A DNA stretch of 62,276 bases from Akkermansiaceae bacterium UBA5020 (GCA_002396885.1 DGXY01000105.1:31107-93382), one strand, 5' to 3'; counted from the stretch's first letter, positions 19,984 to 30,006 are shown. A program made the numbers and translations. The notes: generated by a model not told the origin, from the letters alone.

Positions 19984-21213
19984 ATGAACCGCCGCCAATT
20001 CCTCCGCGCCGCCGGCGCCTGTCTCGCCCTGCCTTCGATCTCCCGGGCGGCGGAGTCGCTGCCGCCGCAGCGGCTCCTCGCGATCCATGTGCCGCTCGGG
20101 ATGATGCCGGACCTCTTTTTCCCGAAGACCGGCGAAACGACGAGCCCCTACCTCGACCTCCTCGCTGCGCACCGTTCGCACTTCACGACCTTCGCCGGGC
20201 TTTCCCACCCGGAGGTGAATGGCAATCACCACGCCGGGCAGTGTTTCCTCACCGGGGCGCCGCATCCGGGACAGCCGACCTTCCGCAACTCCCTCTCGAT
20301 GGACCAGGTCGCGGCCGAGGTCATCGGCTTGGAGACGCGCTTTCCCCATCTCGGTCTCTCCGTGAGAAACGGCGACCACTACGCCGACTCCATCTCGATC
20401 TCGCGATCGGGCGTCAGCATTCCCTCCGAGGCGAGCGCGGAGCGCCTCTATCGCCGCCTCTTCGTCGCGGGAACGTCAGAGGAAAAAGCCGCGACGATGC
20501 GCCGCATCGAAGCCGGCGGCAGCGTTCTTGATCTCCTCGTGGAAAAAACGAAACGTCTCGAGCAGGGTGCCGCACCGGAGGACCGCGCCCGCCTCGATCA
20601 ATACTTCCAGAGCGTGCGTGAAATGGAGACCCGTCTCCAGCGGCAGATCGAATGGGAAAACCGACCCAAACCCGTCGTCGACTACCCGCAGCCCAAGGAC
20701 ATCGCCGACAGCAACCAGATCATCGCGCGCTCGAAGCTGATGTTCGATCTTCTCCGCCTCGCTCTGCAGACCGACAGCACGCGTGTCGTGACCTTGTCGC
20801 TGAGCACCTTCTCAGTCGTGCCGCACGTGCCCGGGGTGAAGAGCGAGACCCACGGCCTCACTCACCACGGCAACGAACCGGAAAAAATCGCCGAGCTCCG
20901 CCGGATCGAGGAGGCGCAGACCCTGGCCTTCGCCGAGCTGCTCCAAGCCTTTCGAGATACGACCGAGACCGGCGGCTCCTTGCTTGATGCCACCCAGGTG
21001 CTCTACGGCAGTTGCCTCGGCAACGCCAACTCGCACTCCACCCAGAACCTACCCATTCTCCTCGCCGGAGGCCGCTTCAAGCATGGAGGACACCTGACCT
21101 TCGACGGGACGAACAACACCCCCTTGGCGAATCTCTTCGTGAAGATGCTGCAACAGCTCGGCGTCGATGCGGACCGCTTCTCCAGCAGCACCGGAACGCT
21201 CGCCGGACTCTGA
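19984..21213 (+). CDS. DUF1552 family protein (TAT signal)
   Basis: MNRRQFLRAAGACLALPSISRAA twin-arginine signal. ~410 aa. The HGLTHHGN motif and overall pattern resemble the Planctomycete DUF1552 family. The ORF track's upstream extension from 19864 was rejected. Confidence 0.55.
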   Translation: MNRRQFLRAAGACLALPSISRAAESLPPQRLLAIHVPLGMMPDLFFPKTGETTSPYLDLLAAHRSHFTTFAGLSHPEVNGNHHAGQCFLTGAPHPGQPTFRNSLSMDQVAAEVIGLETRFPHLGLSVRNGDHYADSISISRSGVSIPSEASAERLYRRLFVAGTSEEKAATMRRIEAGGSVLDLLVEKTKRLEQGAAPEDRARLDQYFQSVREMETRLQRQIEWENRPKPVVDYPQPKDIADSNQIIARSKLMFDLLRLALQTDSTRVVTLSLSTFSVVPHVPGVKSETHGLTHHGNEPEKIAELRRIEEAQTLAFAELLQAFRDTTETGGSLLDATQVLYGSCLGNANSHSTQNLPILLAGGRFKHGGHLTFDGTNNTPLANLFVKMLQQLGVDADRFSSSTGTLAGL

Positions 21214-21361
21214 ACGCGAGAACTGTCAGGTGGTCCAGTGGAAGCACCTCATCATGGCCCCCGGCAAGGATGCCTCAACTTTTGCGGCCTTCGCCGACGC
21301 GATCTTTCGCCTTTCCAAACTAAGTTTGGCAAAGCGCGACGGCTTGCGCTAGGATCGCGCC

Positions 21362-23449
21362 ATGTTCTGGCTGCGCTGGATCTTCTTTTCGTCGCCGCTG
21401 TGGCTGGGCTTCGGAGGGGCATGGCTCTTCAGAACGGTCGCAGAGTTCCAGCTCACGCGTGAGAGCGACGCCCTTGTCCATGCGATTGATGGGCCCGTCG
21501 GCTATCTCAGTCCGTTCGCCCCGGCCGACGGGGTCGAGGGCGAGATCGCCGGTTTGCTCTTCGAGCCGCTCCTGCGCCGCGATGCGAACTTGAACCTGCG
21601 GCCGAACCTGATCCGCGCTTGGACCTCGCGCACGGTCATCACGATCCGGTGCGATAGCGAAGAGGCTGCGGGCGAAGCCGAGGCGCGTTTCCTCGCCGGA
21701 GAAGTGCCGGAGAGCGGGGCACGGCCGATCGCGCTGGATCGATCGGGCTCGGTCCTGACGGTCGCCTTCGGGGGGCACGGTCCGGATTTGGAAAAGGCGG
21801 TCCTCGAGGGGCTGCCGCCGGAGTTGCTGGGGGATTACCTGCTCGTGAAGGTGCGGGCCGATCATTCGGTCGATGACCTGATCGGATCGTGGCTGGCGGG
21901 CTCGGTGGAGAAAGCGCAGGTGCGCATGCTGGAATTCACGGACGATCGCGAGGCCTTCCTCTTCGTGCGCGGCGAGACCGACCGGGTCCTGAAAGAGCTG
22001 CGGCTTTACCTCGATTCCAATCCCGCGACTTCTCCACAGCTCGATCTCGTTGGCCAGCGTTGCCACACGACGGTGCGCGAGATGCTGCTCGATCTGAAAG
22101 AGGGCGTCACCTGGCACGATGGCACGCCCTTTACCTCGACAGATGTGGCTTTCTCCTACGAGCGCCTCACGCGTGCCGATTCGCCGCTGCCGCTCGCGGC
22201 GAGTTTTGACTTTGTCGAATCGCTCGAGATGCTCTCGCCGACGCGGTTGCGCATCCTCTGCCGTGAGGTGCCCGCGACGATGCTGGAGAGTTGGGAGAAG
22301 CTGCCCGTCCTCCCCGCCCATCGGCTTGCAAAGACGGACCCGGACCTCGATGAAGCGGATCTCTGGTCCGACTTTTTGCTCACCCCGCTGGGGCTGGGGC
22401 CTTATCGCTTCGATCGTCGCCGCGCCGATGGCGGCGTCGAACTCGTCGCCCATGCCGCCTATCCTGGAGGGGCTCCGGCGGAGCCGCGGCTGCGCTTCCG
22501 GCGATATTCCTCGCTCGAATCCATCCTCCTCGCCCTGCGCACTGGCACGCTCGATCGGATCGAGCCCGACGAACGTTTTACGGAATGGGCGCGCCGCCAC
22601 CCTGGCATGGTCGAGACGCTGCGGGATCGTCCGCGCTTCCAACATCTCGTCGTCTGGAATCTCGAGCGTCCGCCTTTCGACCTCGAACCGGTGCGCACGG
22701 CCCTCGCTCGGGGCATCGATCTCGGGGCGATCCTGCGGGAGACCGGCCTCGAATACGAGGTGCCGGTGAAGAGTCTCTTTTTCCCCGGTTCGCCGCTCGT
22801 GGCCGAGCCCATCCTGCTGCCGCTCTACGATCCCCGCGGGGCCGAGCGGCTTTTGGAGAAAGAAGGCTACCGTCTCGAGGAAGAATCCGGATTGCGAAAG
22901 GATGGCAAAGGCCGTCCGCTCGCCTTTTCTCTCGCGGTGAATGCGGGCAATCCAGAGCACCGTCGCCTCGCTGCGGCCCTCGCCGAACAGTGGGGCGGGA
23001 TCGGGATCGAGGTGAAAGTCGAGCCGGTGCCCTGGCAGGAGCTCATCACCGGACGACTCCCGCAGCGCGATTTCGACGCGGTCCTGGTGAGCTGGGAGAT
23101 CCCGCGCGGCCGCGACCGTCGTGAGGTTTGGCATTCTGCGGCGGCCGGACCGGGTGGGGGAAATCTGAGCGGCCTCCGCGATGCCGAGGTCGATGGGCTG
23201 CTCGACCAACTCCGCTCCGAACCCGATCCCGTGAAAGTGACCGGCGTGATCGCCTCCCTCCAGCGCGCCATCGCGGCACGTCAGCCCTGCTTTTTCATCT
23301 GCGATACGGGACGCATTCTCACGGTGCGAACGGGCGCGCTCGAGTCTCGTCGACCCGGTGCGGCAGCGGCTTCTCCCCTCGCGATTGGCAAGGGGGGACT
23401 CGAGGAAGTGCGCCCCTGGTGGGTGAAAAAAGAGGTCGCAGCGCCCTGA
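21362..23449 (+). CDS. ABC transporter substrate-binding protein, family 5 (Opp/Dpp-like) with N-terminal membrane anchor
   Basis: 695 aa. N-terminal WLRWIFFSSPLWLGFGGAWLF hydrophobic segment. SBP_bac_5-like body (TWHDGTPFTSTDVAFSYERL). Confidence 0.75.
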   Translation: MFWLRWIFFSSPLWLGFGGAWLFRTVAEFQLTRESDALVHAIDGPVGYLSPFAPADGVEGEIAGLLFEPLLRRDANLNLRPNLIRAWTSRTVITIRCDSEEAAGEAEARFLAGEVPESGARPIALDRSGSVLTVAFGGHGPDLEKAVLEGLPPELLGDYLLVKVRADHSVDDLIGSWLAGSVEKAQVRMLEFTDDREAFLFVRGETDRVLKELRLYLDSNPATSPQLDLVGQRCHTTVREMLLDLKEGVTWHDGTPFTSTDVAFSYERLTRADSPLPLAASFDFVESLEMLSPTRLRILCREVPATMLESWEKLPVLPAHRLAKTDPDLDEADLWSDFLLTPLGLGPYRFDRRRADGGVELVAHAAYPGGAPAEPRLRFRRYSSLESILLALRTGTLDRIEPDERFTEWARRHPGMVETLRDRPRFQHLVVWNLERPPFDLEPVRTALARGIDLGAILRETGLEYEVPVKSLFFPGSPLVAEPILLPLYDPRGAERLLEKEGYRLEEESGLRKDGKGRPLAFSLAVNAGNPEHRRLAAALAEQWGGIGIEVKVEPVPWQELITGRLPQRDFDAVLVSWEIPRGRDRREVWHSAAAGPGGGNLSGLRDAEVDGLLDQLRSEPDPVKVTGVIASLQRAIAARQPCFFICDTGRILTVRTGALESRRPGAAAASPLAIGKGGLEEVRPWWVKKEVAAP

Positions 23450-23453
23450 TCCG

Positions 23454-24308
23454 ATGATCCGCCACGTCCTCCAGCGCCTTCTCATCGCCGTGATCCGCTT
23501 CCTCGCGGTGGGGTTTGCCGTGCTGGTCTTGATGGAGTTTTCCTTCGTCGTGATGGGCGAGGCCGAGCGGCATGTCTGGTCTCCCGAAGCCTACGGCGTG
23601 GTGCCTCCGGAACTCGCCCCGCGTCCACTCACGTGGGAAGGGCTGATCCAATCCCGCGCGGCCGGCACGGCGAGGGTGCTCGTCCTCGTGATCCCGTCGG
23701 TGCTCCTCATCGGCTACAGTTGGGGAATGCTCGGGGCACGGCTGCGGCGCTACCACGCGGCCCGCCTCCTCGCTGCGCCCTTTGCTGCCTTTGCCTGTGT
23801 GCCGGGCTTCTGGTTCGTCGTGCTCGTCGCGATCGTTTCCTTCTTCCACTGGCAGCGCCCCGGCTTCGCGAACGATCTCGTCGTCGAGCGGGGCCCTGAT
23901 CTGCTCGCCTGGTGGCACGCTGCGGTCGTCGCTTTGCCGGCGATGGCGGGCGGAGCCGCGTGGCAGATCCGCGCGGTCGCCGCCGTGCTCGAGCGCGAGA
24001 CGGCCCGCCCCTGGGTGCGCGGTCTCTTTGTCGCCGGGGCGAACGACGAGGAAATCTTCTACGGCCGCGCCATCCCCCGCGCCGCCTCGTCGCTCGCGGC
24101 CCTCCTCGACCGCCCCGTCGCCGCGATCCTCGGCAGTCTCGTCGTCGTCGAGTCGGCCTTCCGCTATCCCGGGCTCGGGAGTCTCCTCGTCGAGTCGGTC
24201 CGGCTCGGCAGCTACCCGGGCATCCTCCTCGCCTCGCTCTCCCTCGCTCTGATCGTCCTCGTGGCGACGCTCCTGCGCGAACTGATTTCGCCCGCCTCCC
24301 GTGAATGA
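23454..24308 (+). CDS. ABC transporter permease (OppB-like)
   Basis: Multi-TM hydrophobic protein immediately after the SBP gene. Confidence 0.75.
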   Translation: MIRHVLQRLLIAVIRFLAVGFAVLVLMEFSFVVMGEAERHVWSPEAYGVVPPELAPRPLTWEGLIQSRAAGTARVLVLVIPSVLLIGYSWGMLGARLRRYHAARLLAAPFAAFACVPGFWFVVLVAIVSFFHWQRPGFANDLVVERGPDLLAWWHAAVVALPAMAGGAAWQIRAVAAVLERETARPWVRGLFVAGANDEEIFYGRAIPRAASSLAALLDRPVAAILGSLVVVESAFRYPGLGSLLVESVRLGSYPGILLASLSLALIVLVATLLRELISPASRE

Positions 24309-25186
24309 TCAATCGCCGACAGTCCCGATGGATGCGCTCTCTGCGGCTCGTCGCGATCCGCCTCTGGCAGATGCGGCGGGTTCTCGTGCTCGTGATTCCC
24401 TATTTCCTGCTCTTCGGCTGGCTCTTTTCCGGCGATCCGGCGGGCGATCTGCGGCCGGCGGAACTCTACGGGATCCGCGAGACGCCCCAATGGCAGGCGC
24501 CGGATCGCGATCACTGGTGCGGCAAGGCGGCGAATGGCGCGGATCTCTTCGAACTCAGCCGTTTCGCCATGGCCACAAGCGTCTCGGTGGCGGTCGTCGC
24601 GGTCTCGACGGGGATCGGGCTGGCCTTGCTCGTGACGATGCTCTTCGTCTTCGATCCGGGGGAAAATCGTTTCGCCTGGATCGAGCGCACGACACGGACT
24701 GGTGTCATCCTGCCGGGCATGATCGTGATGGTGATTCTCACGGGCGGCGGTGGTGGCGGCCTCCTCCTCTTAATCCTGGGGCTCGCCCTGCTCGTCGCCC
24801 TGATGCTTTGTCCGCTCCTCTGCCGTTGGTTCCGCGAGGGAGAAGAGGGCTTTGAAATCCTCGCGGCGCGGGTCCTCGGGCTTTCTCGTCGTGAGATCGT
24901 CCTCGGACGTGTCCTCCCCTCGGTGCTGCGCCGCCTGCCCGGGGTCTTTGCCGCGCTCGTGCCGGTGGCGATGCTCGCGGAGATGTCGCTTTCTTTTCTC
25001 GGCTTCACCGGGGAGCGGCTCAGTGTCGGCGTGATGGTCGAGCGCGGACAGGCCTACCTGATCGAGGCTCCCTGGATGGCGATCTATCCCGGTATCTTCG
25101 CCACGGGAGTGGTGATGGCCTTTTCCTTGCTCGGCTGGCGGGTTTCCGCGGCGCTCCGCACCGGCCCACTTCCGCCCGTCTTCTGA
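24305..25186 (+). CDS. ABC transporter permease (OppC-like)
   Basis: Multi-TM protein. ATGA overlap with the upstream permease. Confidence 0.75.
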   Translation: MINRRQSRWMRSLRLVAIRLWQMRRVLVLVIPYFLLFGWLFSGDPAGDLRPAELYGIRETPQWQAPDRDHWCGKAANGADLFELSRFAMATSVSVAVVAVSTGIGLALLVTMLFVFDPGENRFAWIERTTRTGVILPGMIVMVILTGGGGGGLLLLILGLALLVALMLCPLLCRWFREGEEGFEILAARVLGLSRREIVLGRVLPSVLRRLPGVFAALVPVAMLAEMSLSFLGFTGERLSVGVMVERGQAYLIEAPWMAIYPGIFATGVVMAFSLLGWRVSAALRTGPLPPVF

Positions 25187-25193
25187 TCCAGAC

Positions 25194-26084
25194 ATGAGTC
25201 ACGACGCCACCCCCCTTTTTGCGACGAGCGGTCTTACCGTCGAGATCCCCGGTGCGCTCGGCGAGCGCGGGATCGGCCTGCGACGGATCTCCCTCGCGGT
25301 CGCGCCGGGCGAGATCGTCGTGCTCGCGGGGGAGTCGGGCAGCGGCAAGTCGCTCCTCGCCCGGATCGCCGCCGGCACCGCCGACCCGCGGATGAAGGTC
25401 CTCGCCGGGTCGATCGAGTTCGAGGGCGTCTCCGTCCTGGAAAAGAAGCGTCGTCGTCTCCTCGCCCTGCGACGTGGATCGATCACGGTGATCGCCCCGC
25501 TCGCGACGGCACCGCCCGATCCGGATCGCTCGGTGCGCCAGTGGCTGCGCGACTGCCGCCGCCTCGCGGGGAAGGGGGGGCGACTCTGGGGCGACTGTTT
25601 TTTCAGCGCCGGATTGCACGAGCCCGAGTCGCTCCTCAGGCAGCGCCTCGGCGATCTTTCACCGTTGACCCTGAAACGTCTCGCGGTGGCGCGGGCGCTC
25701 ATCGTCGGCTCGCGCTTTCTCATTTCAGAGGACGCGGGCCTCGACCTCGACGCGCTCGGCGAGGCGGCCTTCCACGAGTTGCTCGGACGGGTCCGCGACG
25801 AATTCGGAATCGGGGCGCTCGTCTCGATGGGATCCCTGCACGGGGTGGAGCGCTTCGCCAACCGGGTCGCGATCTTTTTCGAAGGCGGCATCCTCGAAGA
25901 GGGAACGCCGCTCGATCTGCTCACGAACCCGCGTTTTGCCTACACCCGCGAGTTCCGTGTCTGCGAGCCGGGCCTGACCGGTCTGCCGCGCGACCTGCCC
26001 ACGATCAGCCGCGAGGCGGCTCGGGAGGCCGAAGCCCACGTCCATCAGACCTCGTCGTCGCTCGACGGGGCGTTCACCGGATAA
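25194..26084 (+). CDS. ABC transporter ATP-binding protein (single, degenerate signature)
   Basis: Walker A GESGSGKS. The signature region reads LSPLTLKRLAVARAL instead of LSGGQ. Walker B reads FLISEDAGLD. Confidence 0.7.
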   Translation: MSHDATPLFATSGLTVEIPGALGERGIGLRRISLAVAPGEIVVLAGESGSGKSLLARIAAGTADPRMKVLAGSIEFEGVSVLEKKRRRLLALRRGSITVIAPLATAPPDPDRSVRQWLRDCRRLAGKGGRLWGDCFFSAGLHEPESLLRQRLGDLSPLTLKRLAVARALIVGSRFLISEDAGLDLDALGEAAFHELLGRVRDEFGIGALVSMGSLHGVERFANRVAIFFEGGILEEGTPLDLLTNPRFAYTREFRVCEPGLTGLPRDLPTISREAAREAEAHVHQTSSSLDGAFTG

Positions 26085-27037
26085 TCGAGGAGGGGAGGGG
26101 ATAGTGGCTCCCGCAAGGCCGGGTCGGTCTCCCCGCCGCGTCGCAGGAGCACGGCAAAACCTCCCGCCCCCGGGGAGCGGTGCGGGTAGACGCGATAGGC
26201 CGGGAAGGGGGCCAGCGCCGAGCGCAGCGAGGCGAGGTGCGGCACCTCGACTGGAACGAAGTCCGGTCGGGACTCGAGAAGCTTTTCGATGGCCCCTTCA
26301 TTTTCCCGGAGGCTGAAGGTGCAGGTCGTGTAGAGAAGAAAGCCGCCCGGAGCCACGGTGTCGGCGGCCGAGGCAAGGATGCGGGCCTGGCGTCGGGCGT
26401 TGCCCTTCACCGTTGAGGGGTGGAAACAGCCGAGGTTTTCGATCCCCTTGGCGAGGAGCGATTGACCCGAGCAGGGCGCATCGACGAGGCAGAGGTCGAA
26501 GGCACCCGGAGCGAGCCGCGCGATCTCCTCGGGATCGAGGCGCTGGGTATGAGCCGCGGCGATGCGGCAACGCGAGAGATTGTGACGCAGGGGGCCGAGC
26601 CGACGTCCCTCGACCTCGTTCGCGAGAATCAGACCCGGACGCAAGAGCGCCGAGGCGAGGATCGACTTTCCCCCCGGTGCCGCGCAGAGATCGAGGATCC
26701 GGGCCTCGCGGGGCAGGGAATCGCGTGCCGACAGCATCGCCGAGCCGGTCAGCACCGAGGAAAAATCGAGCGGGTAGACCTCGCCCTGTTTGTAGGCCTC
26801 GCTCAGTCCGATTTTTACGCCAGACGTGACCACCTCGATGAGAGGCGGCAGCCAATCGGGAAGGGCCTCGCGAGGCAGGGTTTCGATCTCGCCGGGGCGC
26901 GGTGGCACCATCCAGACGATCGCGTTCCCCCGCGGTCCGGGCGCGAGGAGGGCGTGCAGGAAAGACGCCTGCTCTTCCCCCGAATCGGGAAAGAGTGTCG
27001 CCGCCGCTTTTTTCATCAAATTGGTCGCTTCCGCCAT
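26045..27037 (-). CDS. RsmB/RsmF (NOL1/NOP2/Sun) family rRNA cytosine-C5 methyltransferase
   Basis: LCAAPGGKS SAM-binding motif and DAPCSGQ catalytic motif. The 3' end overlaps the convergent ABC ATPase gene by ~40 nt. Confidence 0.75.
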   Translation of the reverse strand: MAEATNLMKKAAATLFPDSGEEQASFLHALLAPGPRGNAIVWMVPPRPGEIETLPREALPDWLPPLIEVVTSGVKIGLSEAYKQGEVYPLDFSSVLTGSAMLSARDSLPREARILDLCAAPGGKSILASALLRPGLILANEVEGRRLGPLRHNLSRCRIAAAHTQRLDPEEIARLAPGAFDLCLVDAPCSGQSLLAKGIENLGCFHPSTVKGNARRQARILASAADTVAPGGFLLYTTCTFSLRENEGAIEKLLESRPDFVPVEVPHLASLRSALAPFPAYRVYPHRSPGAGGFAVLLRRGGETDPALREPLSPPLLDYPVNAPSSDDEV

Positions 27038-27102
27038 TCGCGTGTCTCCGTGCTGGACTTCGAGCCGTATTCGCCTATCAGAAAACCCCTCATCCACCGC
27101 CC

Positions 27103-28149
27103 ATGATCAACGAAGAATCCGTTCGGGAAAAGCTGAAGAAAGTCAACTACCCCGGCTTCAGTCGCGATATTCTCTCCTTTGGCCTCGTCAAACGCGTCCT
27201 CGTCTCGGGCAATGACGTGACCGTGCTTATCAGCCTCGCGACGCGCGATCCCGCCGTGCCGAAGACCATCCACGAAGGGATCGAGGAGGCGCTCGCGACC
27301 CTCGAGGGGGTCGGCAAGGTCGTGATCGATTTCGACCTGAAAGACCCGCCGGAGCCCGTCACCGGGAATCCCGCGGCCGCTCAGACCTCCATCCCCGGGG
27401 TGAAAAAGATCATCGCCGTCGCCAGCGGCAAGGGCGGCGTCGGCAAGTCGACCGTCTCGACCAATCTGGCGATCGCCCTCAGTCGCACCGGCGCGAAGGT
27501 CGGACTCTGCGACTGTGACCTTTACGGCCCTAGCATCGCCCTGATGCTTGGCGCGACCGACCAGCAACCTCTCGCCACCGAGCAGAACGAGATCATCCCG
27601 ATCGAGGTGCAGGGCATCAAGGCCATCTCGATGGGTTTCCTCCTTTCCGAAGATTCGCCCGTGATCGTGCGCGGTCCCCTCGCGACCCGCTACACCCAGC
27701 AGTTCCTGCGGCAGTGTCTCTGGGGCGAACTCGATTACCTCGTCCTCGACCTGCCTCCCGGCACCGGCGACATCCAGCTCACGATCGTGCAGACGGTCTC
27801 CATCAGCGGCAGTGTCATCGTCACGACGCCGCAGGAGGTCGCCCTGATCGACGCCCGCAAGGCGGCCGCGATGTTCCGCAAGGTGAACGTTCCCATCACC
27901 GGCATCGTCGAGAACATGGCCTGGTTCGAGTGCGAGCACGGCACGAAGTATCCCATCTTTGGCGAAGGCGGTGGCGCGATCGAAGCGGAGCGTCTCGGCG
28001 TGCCGCTCCTCGCCCAGATCCCGCTCGATATTGCCACCCGCGACCGCGCCGACCGCGGCGAACCGATCGCCACCCTCGATCCCGCGACCAATGCCATCTC
28101 GGCGGCCTTTGCGGGGCTGGCGGAGAAGATGATCGCAGCGGTGCGGTGA
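27103..28149 (+). CDS. mrp: Mrp/ApbC iron-sulfur cluster carrier ATPase
   Basis: The N-terminal MIP18-like domain (NYPGFSRDILSFGLVKRV) plus IAVASGKGGVGKST deviant Walker A. The ORF track's N-terminal extension from 26902 was rejected. Confidence 0.9.
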   Translation: MINEESVREKLKKVNYPGFSRDILSFGLVKRVLVSGNDVTVLISLATRDPAVPKTIHEGIEEALATLEGVGKVVIDFDLKDPPEPVTGNPAAAQTSIPGVKKIIAVASGKGGVGKSTVSTNLAIALSRTGAKVGLCDCDLYGPSIALMLGATDQQPLATEQNEIIPIEVQGIKAISMGFLLSEDSPVIVRGPLATRYTQQFLRQCLWGELDYLVLDLPPGTGDIQLTIVQTVSISGSVIVTTPQEVALIDARKAAAMFRKVNVPITGIVENMAWFECEHGTKYPIFGEGGGAIEAERLGVPLLAQIPLDIATRDRADRGEPIATLDPATNAISAAFAGLAEKMIAAVR

Positions 28150-28150
28150 T

Positions 28151-29041
28151 TCAGCGCGGGGGCAGGCGATTCGTCGAGATCTTCACCACGAGAGGGCTGC
28201 TTACCCCTCCGTAGCCGATGAAGCTTCCCGACACGGGCATCACTCCCCGGGGGTGGTGGCTGACTCCGACCGGAACGTGGCCGGGGCCTACCCGGCGTCC
28301 GATCGAGGGATCGTAGCCGGTCCATCCGCGATCGGGCAGATAGATCTCGGCCCAAGCGTGGGTGGAGCCGCGGCCGACCATGGAATTCGCGCTCTCGAGG
28401 TAGCCGCTCACAAAGCGTGCCGGAAAACCCATCGTCCGCGCCGTTTCGATCAGGAGCACCGCCATGTCGCGACAGGATCCGGTTGCGAGATCGAGGGTTG
28501 CAGCGGGGGATTGCACGCCGTGCTCCTCGCGCCGGTTGTAACGGATCGTCCGGTGGATGAGGCCGTTGAGATCGTCGAAAATGGGGCGCAATTCGCCAGT
28601 GCGGGGGGAGAGCCCGTGGTTCGCGAGCCAATCCCGCAGGCGTTCGACCTCCGGCGGGTAGGTGAACTGGCGGTAGGGGACGGTGGCCAGTTCGTCGATG
28701 CCAGCAAACGAGGGAGGATAGGCGACGAGCAGCGGCGGATCATTTCCCTCCCACGCCGGCGGAAGGTCGATGATGAATTCGCTCCGGATCGTCAGCTGGG
28801 TCGCGCTCTGGTTGAACTCCGCGATGGCGATGGAGTTGTCGAGGATGTCGCGGAACCAGCGGATCGAGGACGGGGGAAAGGTCTCGAGGGTCATCATTTC
28901 GAGACGGACGTCGTGCCCTTCCCGGGGCCTCAGGACGAGCCGGTGGGGCGTGAAACTGACGGGACGGGAATACTGGTAGATCGTTTCGTGAACCAAGTTG
29001 AGGCGCTCGTGCGATTCCCTCCGGACGTTCAGGATTTCCAT
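28151..29041 (-). CDS. transglutaminase-like family protein (Bact_transglu_N + TGc core)
   Basis: GSCRDMAVLLIETARTMGFPARFVSGY ... THAWAEIYLPDRGWTGYDP: a Cys-His-Asp papain-like transglutaminase core. Start chosen at MEILNV. Confidence 0.8.
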   Translation of the reverse strand: MEILNVRRESHERLNLVHETIYQYSRPVSFTPHRLVLRPREGHDVRLEMMTLETFPPSSIRWFRDILDNSIAIAEFNQSATQLTIRSEFIIDLPPAWEGNDPPLLVAYPPSFAGIDELATVPYRQFTYPPEVERLRDWLANHGLSPRTGELRPIFDDLNGLIHRTIRYNRREEHGVQSPAATLDLATGSCRDMAVLLIETARTMGFPARFVSGYLESANSMVGRGSTHAWAEIYLPDRGWTGYDPSIGRRVGPGHVPVGVSHHPRGVMPVSGSFIGYGGVSSPLVVKISTNRLPPR

Positions 29042-29052
29042 GTCGTTTGTCC

Positions 29053-29904
29053 TTAAAGCAGCGCGATCGCCTGGTGGCTCTGTTGCAGCGTGTCCCAGTT
29101 GATCGGGGTGAAGGTTTCGTCCAGTGAGTTGCAGATGACCTGCATGCCGTTGAGCAAGGAGCCACCGAAGATGGTGCAGACTGCCGCATCGGCCGCGTCG
29201 CGGCCAGTCGCGATGCGGACGAGACCGTTCAGCGGAGCGAGGCGGGTGGGATCGAACACATACCAGGTTCCGGCAAGGAAGACTTCGATCACCGCGTGGA
29301 AATCGGGAGGATAGAGGAGGTGGGAATAGCAGGTCACATACCGCGCCGGCAAATTCATCGAGCGGCAGAAGGCGATCGCGAGATGGGCGAAATCGCGACA
29401 GACGCCGCCCCGTTCCTCCAGGGTGTCGACGGCCGAGGATTTTTCGTTGGAAGAGCCCTGCCGGTAAGCGACATGTTCGAAAATCCAATCGCAGATCGCC
29501 GTCGCGAGAGGGTAAGGCTCGACGAGATGGCCGAAGAGATCAAAGGCCTGGTTCCGGAGCCGGTCCGATTGGCAGTAGCGGCTCGGGAAGAGGTAGGTGA
29601 TGGCCTCGGGAGAGAGATCCCCGGGTCCGTGGGGAAGGAGTTCGTGGCCGTCTTCGAGGCGGATCGAGGTTTCAATGTCCGCCTCGTAGCGCACCTGGAG
29701 CTGGCCTGAGAAGGAGGTCTGGATGCGGGTGAAGCGGTTCATGCCCTCTCCGACGCTGAAGGCATCGACGGGCACCTCGGGATCGACGTGAAGGGACTCC
29801 CGGAGGATTTTCTGCCCCTCCGTTTCGATGCCCTTGAGCGCGAAGAGAAGCGTGGTGGGTCCCTCGACCCGGTAGAAAAGCTCTGAACTGACCCGGAACC
29901 GCAT
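29053..29904 (-). CDS. transglutaminase-like family protein (tandem paralog)
   Basis: GGVCRDFAHLAIAFCRSMNLPARYVTCY ... HAVIEVFLAGTWYVFDP. Confidence 0.75.
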   Translation of the reverse strand: MRFRVSSELFYRVEGPTTLLFALKGIETEGQKILRESLHVDPEVPVDAFSVGEGMNRFTRIQTSFSGQLQVRYEADIETSIRLEDGHELLPHGPGDLSPEAITYLFPSRYCQSDRLRNQAFDLFGHLVEPYPLATAICDWIFEHVAYRQGSSNEKSSAVDTLEERGGVCRDFAHLAIAFCRSMNLPARYVTCYSHLLYPPDFHAVIEVFLAGTWYVFDPTRLAPLNGLVRIATGRDAADAAVCTIFGGSLLNGMQVICNSLDETFTPINWDTLQQSHQAIALL

Positions 29905-30006
29905 GGGTGACGCTATCACACAGCGGGACGTGTTCCAAGCCGCGACTCGATCCGGTTTGGCGGGGCATCGTCCACTGCCGCCCGGTTCCGCCATCGTTCC
30001 TGCGTC

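Noticed and set aside
21320-23485. 721-aa minus-strand ORF antisense to the ABC substrate-binding protein gene
   Set aside because: Arg-rich with no motifs. The sense strand encodes a recognisable SBP_bac_5 protein in an operon with permeases.
26902-27102. 67-aa N-terminal extension of Mrp in the ORF track
   Set aside because: Arg/Pro-rich. It overlaps the divergent rsmB-like gene start region. The conserved Mrp N-terminus begins at MINEESV (27103).
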